This document shows, piece by piece, positions 51,231 through 64,000 of a DNA stretch of 64,000 nucleotides (its first letter is position 1; every line of letters begins with the position of its first letter). The stretch is from Saccostrea cucullata. Lineage: Eukaryota. The notes under the pieces are model-generated. The model saw only the letters and a program-made list of their open reading frames with translations, had not been told where the DNA came from and did no database searches. The position numbers and the translations under genes were made by a program. The stretch is from NCBI RefSeq assembly GCF_032062105.1, contig NW_026926547.1, forward strand, positions 186,001-250,000, in the 5' to 3' direction.

Positions 51231-53053
51231 CGTTGTATTTTGGTAAACTTCCATAACTCTATTTAACTAAATTGATACACACTTGATTACAAATCAACGA
51301 ACCCATTACACGACTTGAAAAAGCGTCGAAAATTCTTTAAGGTGTAAATTTGACTTCTGACGTGTTTGCGATAATCAGCAAGATAACGCGAGACTTGGCA
51401 TTGTGTGAGATGATTGGTCAATGATGTGATGATAAACATGGCGATATGACTCTTGAATGAAGACGGTATTTAAAAGCTCATTGGATACATTGTCTATAGA
51501 AATATAAAACTTAAGATAGCATGCTGTGTCTTCTGCACCTCATGTGGCTATACTATACATTTAGTATCCTTGATTTTCACATGTATAGAAAGAAAGATAA
51601 AGTGTTTATTGTTATACATGTACATAAACCCCTCATGAATTTTAACTGAAGGTGAAACATCCCTAAAGTGCATGTTAGATAGTACCTACAACTGTGGATA
51701 TACATGTATGTGTCAGAAATGCAATTGTTATTCTTAATATATTCATGTTTTGTACTAAAATGGATGACGCTGGCCTAAGACACACTATTTCGGGCCGGTC
51801 TCCTAAGCCTTAAGTTGCAAAGAACCCATGAATTACCATATTTTCTCAACAAAACTTGGACTATCTTATTTCTTAAAGTAATATTTATATTATTCTTAAC
51901 TGTATCCGAGTATTAAAATACTTTTATTTGAACTTAGTCTATAGTGTCTTGGATTGGTGCCTTGAAAAAAAAGAATATGTTAAATCTTTCCCACTAAACA
52001 GGGTTCAAGAGAAAATTAGAAGAAAACACATTCTATAGAAAATGCATCAAAAGTTTTTTTGGTTATGCTCCATACCTATTGAAGTGGAAGTTAAATTAGA
52101 TCTCGACTGATTTAATAGTCATAAGCCTATAGATAAACTAATAATAGCAATTATAGATTTGTTATCCACATATACTAGTTGAAGATTGAGATCAGTGTAA
52201 TAGAGAAGACCGAGAAAAAGTAATTTTCTGATGGATTTCTAATCATAAAGTTTTTTTTACCTACATATACAATCATGTAAAAATAGATATTTCTGTTCTT
52301 TGAGTATGCTTTACTACAGGCAATAAATTGTCATTAGATTACTAGATATGGAATGTATAGACGATTGATTTAGAAGTAATAAACATGCTCTTTTACATCT
52401 GGTATTGACGAATTCTGTGTTTAAAAAGTTTGGATCGACATTAAACAAGCTTTCTTCAACGTCTGCGAGAGAGAGAGGACTTGATATGTTTTCTATCGCG
52501 TTCGTGTTTCTTCTGTCTAATAGTTTTTAAGATACTGGGTGACTTCTTTTATACATATTCCTTTAAGATATATACACTTTCGTTTTCTGGTCAATTTAAG
52601 CAGTCAAGATCATGTGAATAGAACGTAACAATAGCATAAACGGCCGTCAAGAAGCAAAGTGCTTTCTGACTTTTTGTTAACTTTTATATTTATATAAAGA
52701 TTTAATCTAATAAAAACCAGTATATCGCACCTTCTTTCAAAATCGTAAAAGTATTGTTAGCCAATTCAAAGTAGACTTTGTATTTTAAAAATATTAAAGT
52801 GGGTCAGCTCTTAAACTCTTAAATCCCGATCTATGCATTCCACTTTACTTAAAGATTATAACAAGAATATTAGGATTGACTCAATATTATTGTAACAGTT
52901 TATTCAAAATGCAGTATTTAAATCCATAAAAGGTATTTAGCTGACATAAAGCAATCGAGGTTAACAGCTTAATTATAGGTCTATATTGACACAAAATGTT
53001 CTGTGTTAAGGGTTAGGCAATTTTATTTCTTTACTATCATACGAAATATGAAA

Positions 53054-53059
<6 letters not shown>

Positions 53060-53115
<56 letters not shown>
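53060..53115. repeat. (GA)n microsatellite
   Basis: Directly visible. It produces the spurious ERERER/LSLSLS ORFs. Confidence 0.97.
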
Positions 53116-53120
<5 letters not shown>

Positions 53121-55964
53121 CGTGTGTGGGTGATGTACTATTACATGTATTAACTTCGTTGAAATCCATATTTGCTCGTTCCTTAATAATTGATTTAAAC
53201 ATTTTCAAATTATTCCTATTTTCAGGATGCATTTTCCCCCTGAAAATTGTCCATTAAAAAAAGATCTAAAGATATATCTTTATCTTTCCGCGTTTACGAA
53301 CTCCAATTTCCGCACCCCGTAAAAAATGTTAATTGATTTGTTTAATTATGTAAACGTAACTAAGGTATGAACGTAATACCTGCATTCAGAGTATGCACCT
53401 CTTGATTCTCTTGCTATTTGTATAGGTTCTTTTCGCTTATTAAAAAAGCTGAGTTGTCTGCGCATAAAACATAATAATTCTTCCTACTATCTATTTGTTC
53501 AATAGTCTATTAAAGCTTGGAGAATTGAAAATGTAGATCCTAGCCCGGTATACAAATTGTGGATTTGTATTAATAGAGATGGGCAATAGAATCGTACAAG
53601 TTTTCATTGAGCAGTTTAAAGTTTGCGTAAATAAAACTTCTTGATTCATTAAATAAAGCTCTACCCAACTACGTTCAGATTCCAAACCTTTATAAAAACG
53701 TCTATTGAACGAAAATGTCTTAAAAGAAAACTTGATATGGTGCAAGTGTAGACTAGAGGTATTCGTCTGATATTTGTCAAATTATAATTGATGTTAGATT
53801 TTCAAAATAAGTCTTACAATGATAGTAAACAAAAGGAAAATCTCCTAAGCTTTTAAATGACTTTGAGTCTGGTCCATTTAAGATAATACCTCGTAAGATA
53901 GGAACAATGTCTTTTTTATGCAGTAAAAAAATGTCTGCATTTTCCTTTCATTTTAAATATGGCCGACGAATAGAAATGGGGCTTAAATTTTTTCCTCTGA
54001 TAAAAGGAAAAAAAAAATGATCCCATTATAGTCATATTCTTTATTTTTGAAAAACGGGTTTGGTAATTACTTCTCCCTGTTTTCAATGTACGTCATTTCA
54101 AATTTGAATGATAAAAATCAAAATACAACGGAATTTTTCATTGAGAGTTTTTCGCTCTCTTTCTTTTTTTTTTTCTTTTGATTTCAATTTGTTTAAACTG
54201 ACATTGCAAGACAAAAGGAAAAATATAGAGTTTTATTCTATGTTTGAAAGATGGCATATTGGCTTTAATACACGGCGAATGCGCCGTTGGGAATGAACAG
54301 CTACATGTATATCTAAAAAGGAATGTGGATTTTAACTAAATGAAAATGAAAGGCGCCTCAGGCGAAACTCATGATCTGACAGAATATCATTAATAACTTT
54401 TGTTTCTTTTATTTTATTGAAAAAATACGACAAACAACTGTTCATCTATCAGACCAAGACAACAACAACATCATATCACTTCCATTTTCTTGAATATAAA
54501 GTAAATCTTTTTGCAATTGTTTTTGAAAATGTTTATTTTTGTGATCTTTTAAGATTTACAAGAATTTGCCAAAAGAGTTGGTATGACACCATGCTACACT
54601 TTTCTAAATTGTTAAGGACGCTTATTAAAGAAAAATAATCATAAGTTGAAGCACTTAAATGGAACAAGTTCATGTGGACAAAAGTTATTTCTAAACATAC
54701 ACAGTTGGCACTGGTTCTTTTTGGCATAAATTACGAACCTGTATTTCATTTTGGTTTAATCGAATCCTGATTAGAACATTCAATCGCTTTTGATCTAGTT
54801 TTAAATATATATCAAAAGTATGCCAATGTATATGAACAGAAATCAAAATTATCAAATGATATACTTACTTGTATATTCTGCACCAATTAAAACTCTTTTC
54901 CTTTTCCCTCTTTCTTGAATATCCGGAGCCATTATAAATTATCTGATTTATTTTCCCTAAATATTAATATTTCGTCAATGATATTTCACCCGTATGCGAT
55001 ATTCACATCAGCATATAATAAAGCAATGAAGAGGTCACAATTTCTCTGTTGGACGGAAAATTATGCATATAATATAATACTATAGAGCGATGTCCCTCGG
55101 TGACTTAATGATGTCTCTGAATATTAATTATTCATCGTGGTTTTCATTTTGCCACATCGCGCGAAGTCCTTTCGGAACACCACTAATGATAACGTTGTAA
55201 GTATCACGGTAACCAAGGACGCCTCTGAAGACACTACGATCCCTTCCGCTCCATGCTAACCCCGGGACCACGTTATAACGAGAGCGTATATTTCCCTCGT
55301 AAATTAACACGACTATGCAGATTGCTAAAAGTAAGAATATTGATGTGCCTATTACGGGCTGTAAATTGCTCGACCGCTATAAAAGGTAAATTTCACTCTC
55401 GCGTATTTATTATTCCACCTTCGTTATGTATTTAAATCCGATTTATTGATCAACAAGGGACCGATGTCGATCTTGACACGACACAAATCTTTTTAAACAC
55501 TCAGAGGGAAAAACAAACTTTAAAGAAATCGAATGCTATCATCAGAAAACGGCAATTAAGTAATTAACGGTTTACAGATTTTAACATTCATGAAATCAAT
55601 GTCATTTGATGATTTGAACAATTAAAAAAAAAAAAAATTAAACAGCATTATATATACAGTACATCTAGATGTTATCTGTGTTACCTGTGCATACAATGTA
55701 CTAAACAAAATAATTGCATGACAAAGATAGGAATAAATAATATGTACAATTTTCAATTATTCTCCTCAGATGATTAAAATGATTGTAAGATCTGCATGTA
55801 CATTTACATACCGTCGAAAATTTTAACATATAAAATAATGAATTATTTTAAAGAAGTTTTAAAAAATTTTATCGTTTATCTAACACATGTTTCGTTTATC
55901 CTCATTGAAAATCACGATATCCATCAAAGTTGTTAAAAAAAATCTTATTAGTTTTAAAGTAATA

Positions 55965-56783
55965 CAGGGTGTTTCCTAATATATGTTACATTTTGAATCT
56001 TCAGTTTGACAATCACAAGAAAAAGATAAAGATTAGTTCTTTTATCAAATTGATGCACATATCCATAAGATTTATACATATGTAATGTACATTTACCAAA
56101 TAAAATATTAAACACTGAACAAAATCTTAAACATTAATGAAAATAAGCGGAATTTTCAGGTCACGTCATTTTTGCTATGTTGAACCTTTACAACGTCAAA
56201 AGCTCACATTACATGTTCCAAATGATCTCCATTAATTCAACGACAAATGAAAATTGCTTAGCTTCTTGAAATTTGTATAAAACCTTGTCACATATTTTTG
56301 CTTAGACACCCCTCATTTGAAGGTCCATGTTCTATTTGAGATCATTCAGTATCTGTGATCTATGATTGTAGACCAGGGCTGTTCCTTAACAGCCATTACA
56401 GAAAAGTGTTCAAAAATTGAGATTGTTGAATGCAAAGGTCAAACTCTTTCCTTGCATTATTGAAAATTTGTACCCTGATAACTTCAAATTATATTATTAA
56501 AAAGTTCATTATATGCTGAAAATGCTAATATATTGCCAGAATAAATTTCTGAAAATATCTATCTGGGATTTTTCTCAGAAGTTTTTTTTTTTTACACTTA
56601 GAGTCTCCACTTCACCAATTAAATCTCCGCTTCTTAAAGTCTTTCGGCTTTCTGGATATGAACACACATTGAACAAAAATACAGGATTTGATGTTGAAAA
56701 TGATATATAGTATATGATAGTCATATGATAGATAAGAACAATAACTGGATTTAAAAATTTAACATATATTATGAAACACCCTG
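55965..56783. mobile_element. Decayed Tc1/mariner-type element
   Basis: TA|CAGGGTGTTTCCTAATATATGTTACATTT ... AAATTTAACATATATTATGAAACACCCTG|AA (right TA mutated). There is a faint WPPxSPDL...WGY-like remnant (SPIKSPLL...SGY) at ~56612-56660. Confidence 0.75.
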
Positions 56784-56978
56784 AATTCATCGAATATGAT
56801 TTATTTTGTTTAAAAATGATATCTTTACATGTACAAGGAATACAGAATATAAAATATTATTTGTTTTTATCAATTTTTTTTATGCACAATGCATTATGAA
56901 GTTTTCAATTAAAAAAATAGTATAGTAATACTGCTTTAAAATGATTAATTTCCTCGTTAGCAGATTTAGTTGTTTTAA

Positions 56979-58081
56979 CGAGGCCCGATCTAGTTGAAAA
57001 TTACGAAAACGGAATGATAAAAAATTTTAATTCTTGGAAATATACTTGTATGTTTTATGCTTAGAAAAATTAGAATGAAATTTTGTTACTTTGCCTTTAT
57101 TGTAGTGAAATGGGGGCACTGTCAAGATATGGACCATTTTTCTTGTTTTTATACACAATTACATACTAAAGCTCCTCAATAAACAAAGAAATTTACAAAT
57201 TAAAAAAAAAATTCATGATGAAATTCTTTGTTTTTCACATATATCATGCAATTTTCATTCCTCTTATAAAAAATGAAAAGAAAATTGGCGGTAGCCTTTA
57301 TTGCAGTGAAAAGGGGGCATGTCAAAACACAAAATTTAGATCTATTCTATCCAACTACGTATTTTATAGGTCGCAATAGGTTAACATAACACCAACAAAC
57401 GAATACAATACTGTATTAGTTTCTAAAAAATAAATAATTCTTACATTATGAAATTATTTTCTCGTCATGCTTTTCTCTTAACACACAACGTTGTTTTACT
57501 TGGAAAAAGGGGGTAGAGGGAGGGGAGGGGGCATGGTAAAGGCGACAAAAGTACGATTTGTACTAATGTCATGTAATATATAGAAAAAGAAAATATTTCG
57601 GGGGTTCAATTTAAATGATTTATAGACTTTTTAAAAAAAAAAAAAAAACTGAAGATAATCACCATGCATATTCAAGTCCGCAATAAAATGAGTGTGTATA
57701 AACACTTCAACATGTTCAAAGAGAGAGACTAAAATCGTTTACTTTTAGTAGCAGCGTTTGTTTTTTTAAACTCACAAATTGAAATAAAACAGGATAAAAT
57801 TAATGAATCTGTACCAAAAAATTGATCCCTCAAAATTAATTAGGTTCCAAAGTTGTTTATTAATTTAAATATTTAAAAAAAATAATGGAAATGCCAGCTT
57901 TCAATGCATAGTCTATGGAGCAACCAGGTAAGCAAGATCAGCGAAACAGTTTAGCGCAATTTGACGTCATTTTAATTGTGACGTTATTATGTTCAATTGT
58001 GACGGCAGGCAAGGGTATTGTGACGTGCCTGAGACGACGCTGCGTTAAAACGTATGCGCAGATCAACTAGATCGGGCCTCG
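56979..58081. mobile_element. Non-autonomous DNA transposon with perfect 19-bp TIRs flanked by TTAA; superfamily unassigned
   Basis: TTAA|CGAGGCCCGATCTAGTTGA ... TCAACTAGATCGGGCCTCG|TTAA. Confidence 0.85.
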
Positions 58082-59718
58082 TTAATAATATATGGTACAA
58101 TTGCAAGAAATTATAAAATTAAAACTAAGTTTTTTTGATTGTGTATAATTCAAAAGCAACTATTAATTCATAAAAGATTTGATTCTTAAACACACAAAAT
58201 TTGATGGAAGAGTATAATTTAATATTCAATGAAAACTGTGGACAATTTATATCATCGAGACAACAAAACAAATACTAAAAACCCAAACAAATTTGAAAAA
58301 AAATATGTGCACTATATATCTAATATAAAAATAAATAGTTGAAATGAATAAACTTAAAATTTAAATTCGAACATGTTACATGTATAATCAACATATATCT
58401 TTCCCTTTAAATGTACGATGTCTGTGTACCGACTCAAATTAAGGTCATGGCGAGACGTTCCTCAAAATCTGTTTTGTATATATTCGTTATGTATAAAAAA
58501 TATTCCAAATTTTAATAACATTCTGATTTCTAAACCAGTTTCTAAACATTTTTAAAAAATCCAAACACTTCAATATTTGAAACTGGAAAATTATTTTTCT
58601 TCCCCAAAGGATGAAATAAGAAAAACTACCCTTGGTATCTTGCAGAAATGCCCGTTAAGGTACCTCAATTTTTTTGTGAGTAAACATGTTTAAGTAGCAA
58701 TACTTCAATGACAAACTCTAAGAAAAAATATCTATTACTTAGGAACGTCTCGTCTGTCCTTAATTACGTAAAAAAGTACATAAAGGTAATCATTAAGTGC
58801 ATTTAAATTCGTAAGCATCCCTGGTTAGTCTAAATAGTTTTGTTTTGAGAAACAGTGGGAACTTGCAAAGTTTTCTTGTAAAGAGTGTTATAGCTCTGTT
58901 GAAGACGTAAGAAAGTGTGAGGTGGGGGATTTATTTTACAAAAGGTTGTAAAAGCTCATGGTTTAATAAAGTGACACGTGTTATACACAATAACAACATG
59001 GAGATACTTAAAAAATACATAATACAGCCTAGATGTCACTTGAAACAATTTGACATTCATTAGAAACACGGCTGCATTAAGCATTATTACTATACATGTA
59101 CACAATGTACCTATCGGATGTATACATTGAAACACAAACAAAAATACACAAACAAAAATACTAACAAAAACTGTTTGATACCAGGACAATGAAATGTTTC
59201 ATTCAATAGAAATATTTTTTATTTTTTCAAAAGTTTATCAATACCCTGAGATCGTATTAATTAAAAAAATCATTTTCCTACAAATAGCATTTCTTTGCCT
59301 GAAATTTGTCAAGAATATAGACCAACACAATTTGTGTAAGCAAACGTTTTAACATTATTTTTTCAAGAAGTTTAAAATATTCATGAGCTAAAAGCAAGAA
59401 CCAAAAAGTAAAAGAGAAAAAGAGCCATCCTAGTAGAAAAAAGTCGCAGCAAAAATGTTTCATTCGTGCATTTTTCCATCATTTCTTCTATTCTTCTATT
59501 CTTCTTATAGATCCATAAAAGTGCTCTACAGATATCTAAATTATAAATATAGTTAACTACTACATGCTTACATATATCTATATGTAGTCTCAAAATAATT
59601 ACGTCCCTTATATGCGACATCACAGATTAATAATCTGACGGATGAATTAATAAGATGGTAAAGAATTTTTTTCGGACAGAATGTATTCGCATGAAGCAAC
59701 TTTATGTAACAATAGACT

Positions 59719-61854
59719 TTATTTTTCCTCTTTGAGTAAATCTGGAATTGCTATCCAGTAGCTCAACCTATCTTTCCTTCTGCTAGGATTCAAGGTTCCG
59801 AACATGTTTGCCAAAACATCACTTTTTATCTCCTGTGGCATAAATTTGGGCGTAGAAAATTCTGTTGGAGAGAAGACGAAGCTTAATTCAACCATCTTGG
59901 ACGAATGCGCCATTAAATTTGCAGCATCATTAACTTTCTCTAGTTTCTTATTTTTTTTTAACTGCCAGTTGAATCTCAGAACGTCGTTTTTTCATTTCTG
60001 AAAGAGAACTTGAAATGATGTGGATATCTTCTTTTTCCATTTGATTTGCATTTTCCAGGAGTTTCTGTACTAAAATGTTTATTTCTGAATGAAGATTTTG
60101 GCCTTGTTTTGAAATATCTTCTCTTATCTTCTCGTAACTTTTCTTCTGAATATCTATTAAAGACTGGAGGTCGGAAATGACCTTGTCGTACTCTGGGGTA
60201 ATGTAATCCGCGTAAACTTGGTTCTCTTTCCTTAGACTTGATTTCAAGTTTTGGCAGATAACAGAAATTTCATAAAATTTGTGATTGGAATGATTGTTTA
60301 ATGCAACACATTTGCTACAAACTGAAGCTTCACAGTTTTTGCAGTACAATTCGCATTTTTTATTTTCATGCACTTTACAGCCAGCAAGCTTAATGCATCC
60401 CATATCTTCTTTAAATTTGTACCCCGTTATATCATGGAGAGTTGAAGGTTTTGACGAGACATGAAGACCAATACATTCCTTGCAGAGAATTATTTCGCAT
60501 TTTTTACACACAAACTCAACAGGATTTTTATTTTCCTTTTCTGAACAAATATCACAAGAAATGAAATCTTGTGCGACTATCCTTCTTGTGCCGTTTGCAT
60601 CTAAAATTAGATTTTATAATTTTTAAATTTGTTTGCTTGTATTATAAACTGTTATATAATTTCATGCATATAGCTTTTTGGCCAAAAAAAAGCAACTAAT
60701 TGCAGATAAGGTTTTTAACTCAGATATTTTTCAAATGGTACAAATTGTGCTCTCTCGGCAAAGGTAAAAAAGTCTCGTAAAAATTTCACCATATATTTAT
60801 AATATGGTTTCATTAATTAGTTTAAAAAATGAGATGGTATTTCCCTGCAATGTACACTTACATGTAATTAGATACTTGACGAAAAGTAATATTAAATCAT
60901 AATAATATCATCATCATATTATATTAAAGATAGATTAAAAAATATCTATCCTTGGTTTTTGATACCGCCATATTTTCTGTTCTTCCAAGACTTTCCAATC
61001 ACAAATTTAAAAAAAACCCAATGTTTCGCACAGTACGAAACTGTTACTCCGTTTGCCTTAATAATTGCAGCTCGATATATCGGACTACTCTCTCTATATA
61101 TATAAATCTGTAAGGATGTTACATTTTATGGTCAAAGTCTATATTGATGTCTTTGTAAAATGCAAGACAGCTTGTAATTGAAGACATAAAAATATCAACC
61201 TCATACAGTTTTGTAAATTTAGAAGTTTTACATATTTGTATAGATATGTACAGAAAAATATTAAGGAAAGCAATCCCCATCCGTCACTAGGTGACACAAC
61301 AAGTATTACACGATAGTATGTTCCCTACAATAACATATCAATATATTAATAATTTTTGCAAGTCAATCTATTATAGTGCATAAGTTGTATATCATAAGTG
61401 GTCTAGGTCAGCATAATACTGTATACCTCGTTATTTTAAATCAAACGTGGGCGTGAATCTTGACAATTATTAATCCAAATCTGTATTTTCATCGTAAGTA
61501 AACAAAAGGATTACAATATACATGTATCATAAATGGTAAAGAAAAACCACTTGATATAATTAAGAGCTTTAATCATTACTAGACAATGCATCACGAATGA
61601 TGATACATACCTCTTGACTTAGAACCGCATTTAGAACAAAAATTTTTGGCTCTAGGAAAGATATTTTGACATCGTTTTCCGTTATGGACAGAATTGCACA
61701 TTCGAACTTCCGATTGGAATATGTTCTTGTCAATTTTCCATCCACAACTAGTACAAAAAGTGCTGTTGAAAAAAATGTTTTCCGCACATGCATTTCCATT
61801 TTCAAATAAATTTGGACATATTACAAAAGACTGAGCGATTTCTTCTTCCCACAT
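59719..61854 (-). CDS. Double zinc ribbon + two B-boxes + coiled-coil protein (~374 aa if one A in the 59951-59959 homopolymer is removed); frameshifted as assembled
   Basis: Exon 61854-61611 (CPN...C...FCTSCG...C...C...FCSKCG; AG|GTATGT donor, phase 1) joins the exon starting at 60600 (TTTTAG acceptor, phase 1). That exon reads AQDFISCDIC...CKKCEIILCKECIGLH...CKVH...CKNCEASVCSKCVALNNHSNH plus coiled coil. Frame continues to ...ANMFGTL...KEEK* after a -1 correction. Confidence 0.78.
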
Positions 61855-63289
61855 TTTACCTAAAATAAACAAGCAATTACTTCTTTATTTAAATTTAGGA
61901 AAGAAATGACAAGACCACATTGAAAATGATTTTTCCTTAAATATAACATTAAAACGAGGGTTGTTGAAAAGTTCGGATTGAATTTTAAACTATTTGAGAA
62001 TACGTTCATACCAATAACAATGGCACTACTGTTCTTGAACAGATTTCCCCCCAATATTCTCCTTTGTAAAATTCTTATCGACTTTGTAGCCCTCCTTACC
62101 CCTGAAAAGCATGATTTGGACATATGTGAATCTACATAACCTAATGATGCTTCTATATAATTATCAATATAACTAAACTTTGGTCTTTCTATTCTAAAGA
62201 AGAGGATTTTTTTATATAGATTGCTATAAAAAACTTTTATCTTTTATTGTGATCCATCCTTCCCCCTCCCAAACACACTTTATGCTTTGAACAAACGCTA
62301 TTCTAAACAACCCGAGGAAACTTCCATTTAAGGAGGCTCATTACATCATTTTTTGATGACGTACTACACAAAAAAATAAATCTCCATTGTGTCGACCGCA
62401 TTACTCTGGGAACGAAATGTACAGGTGCCTCTATAATATGACCCTGACCTTTAAAATGCTTCAAAAATAGATGAAACATGCGGTGTTATAAGCAGTGAAA
62501 ACAAAGTAACGGATTCATTATGGATAAAACAAGAAAAATTGCTTTTAAGCAGAAACAAAAGAAAACAACAGTCAAATCTTCGCCAAGCAAGTAATGTAAA
62601 TTTCATAGCCATGCATGCAGTAAGATCTATCAATCAATGACATGTTTGTATGGAGGAAATTCGAGATAAAATCTACAACCTTGTTGAAATTAAAAAAGTT
62701 ATTTACTTGCACTATTTAATGTGTTTGTGTTAATTTATTATTTGCTTGTTCATTGTTTTAAATGTATACTCTGGTAATTTAAAGCTTTGTTCTGAATTTT
62801 AGATGTAACGTCAAACGTTCCTTAGTGTTTTGAGTCTTGGGTAATTAGGAAAGATAACTCTTGAGAGTGGACTTTCTATACCAAATATTTTTTTAATTGG
62901 ATTTTTCATTTCGTTTAAACATTCTTCATTCAATTTGACACATGTAATTCACTGAAATACAATCATTGTCTCTTCAGAACTTATTTTCTTAATGTTTTAT
63001 GCATAGATTTAAAAGATAATGACATTAATTGTTTATTAGGAGAGAATTATTTTTTCTAATAAAATTATTATTAGGTATTATGAGGTATTTTCACTTTGTA
63101 TACTTCTCTTCAGAAGATACCCATCATTTGACACTGAAAGTTCTGAAATTCTGTCAACAATAAACTTAAAATAAAACATTTCATTAAAATTAGACAAAAC
63201 CTAAAAAATTCTATAAAAAATATTTATGATATCAGTACCCCCATCTGGATATTTGACATCTACATTATAAGTGGTGCTGTATTGAAATC

Positions 63290-63901
63290 CAAAATAAACT
63301 GTGGATGTAATGAGCCACCTTAAATATGACCATTCATGGCTCTGCTGTACTCCAAAAGATCTTTAAAGATTTTTTCCATATGTTCATATTTAAAAATTTG
63401 AATTTACTTTGTGGCCCCACCCTACCCGAGGGGTCATGATTTGAACAAAATTTGATTCTACACTACCTGAGGATGCTGCCAGTTTTATTTTTCCTGGTCC
63501 AGATGCTCTTGAGCAGAAGATTTCTCCTTTGTATTTTTATATGAAACCTTGATCCCTCATAGTGGCCCCATCCTACCCTCGGGAATCATTGTATAAACAA
63601 TCTTGATTCTACACTACTTGAAGATGTTTTTATGTGAGTTTCATCTTTCTTGGCCTTTTGGTTCTTGAGAAGAAGATTTTTAAAATGTGTTAGTAAATTT
63701 TCACAATTTCATAATTATCTCCCCTTTGAAGAACTCTTGGCTCTTCATTTGAACATACTTGAATAAACTTTACCTAAGGACACTTTGTGGCAAGTTTGGT
63801 TGAAGTTGGCTCAGCGGCTCTTATGAAGAAGATTAGCATTAAAAAGTTTTCAACAATGACGATGAAAACGACGACAACAACATCAATTAACGACGACGAC
63901 A

Positions 63902-63932
<31 letters not shown>

Positions 63933-63943
63933 GGGTGAGCTAA
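63290..63943. mobile_element. Decayed HINE-type element with 2-3 satellite-like units (left boundary approximate)
   Basis: Units GTGGCCCCA.CCTACCC...GGGTCATGATTTGAACAA...TTGATTCTACACTAC.TGAGGATG at 63411 and 63562, a (GAC)n tract, and a terminal AAAAGCTC...GGTGAGCTAAA. It resembles the oyster Cg170-type satellite from memory. Confidence 0.8.
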
Positions 63944-64000
63944 ATATGATAATGTCTGTAGTCATATTCGTTGTAAAATGGAGCAAAAAGCGAGACAAAC

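Overview
AT-rich, intron-containing animal DNA, most likely an oyster-like bivalve. This is inferred from the RING-less B-box/beta-propeller gene family and the Helentron-type repeats carrying ~150-170 bp satellite units. There are no prokaryotic features, and all gene models were built by hand from splice signals and phase continuity. (1) A compact bidirectional promoter with CRE sites at ~12.6 kb lies between an unidentified minus-strand gene (only exon 1 visible) and a plus-strand gene. (2) The plus-strand gene (13092-24079) has 19 coding exons and encodes a ~967-aa polytopic membrane protein that I recognise from memory as similar along its length to plant NO EXINE FORMATION 1 (NEF1). It can only be assembled through a textbook U12-type AT-AC intron (18138-18799). 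(3) A tandem duplication across the convergent 3' ends of this gene and a B-box/NHL gene left two fused pseudogene fragments. (4) There are two intact B-box/coiled-coil/NHL-like (TRIM-like) genes and a third with an unusual double-zinc-ribbon + B-box architecture and a homopolymer frameshift. (5) An ODF3/SHIPPO-repeat gene has its last coding exon split by a young 544-bp TIR element with a perfect 9-bp TSD. (6) A ~1.1-kb inverted duplication spans ~20 kb, and one copy carries a Helentron-in-Helentron nest. Many non-autonomous DNA transposons, microsatellites and one assembly gap complete the window.
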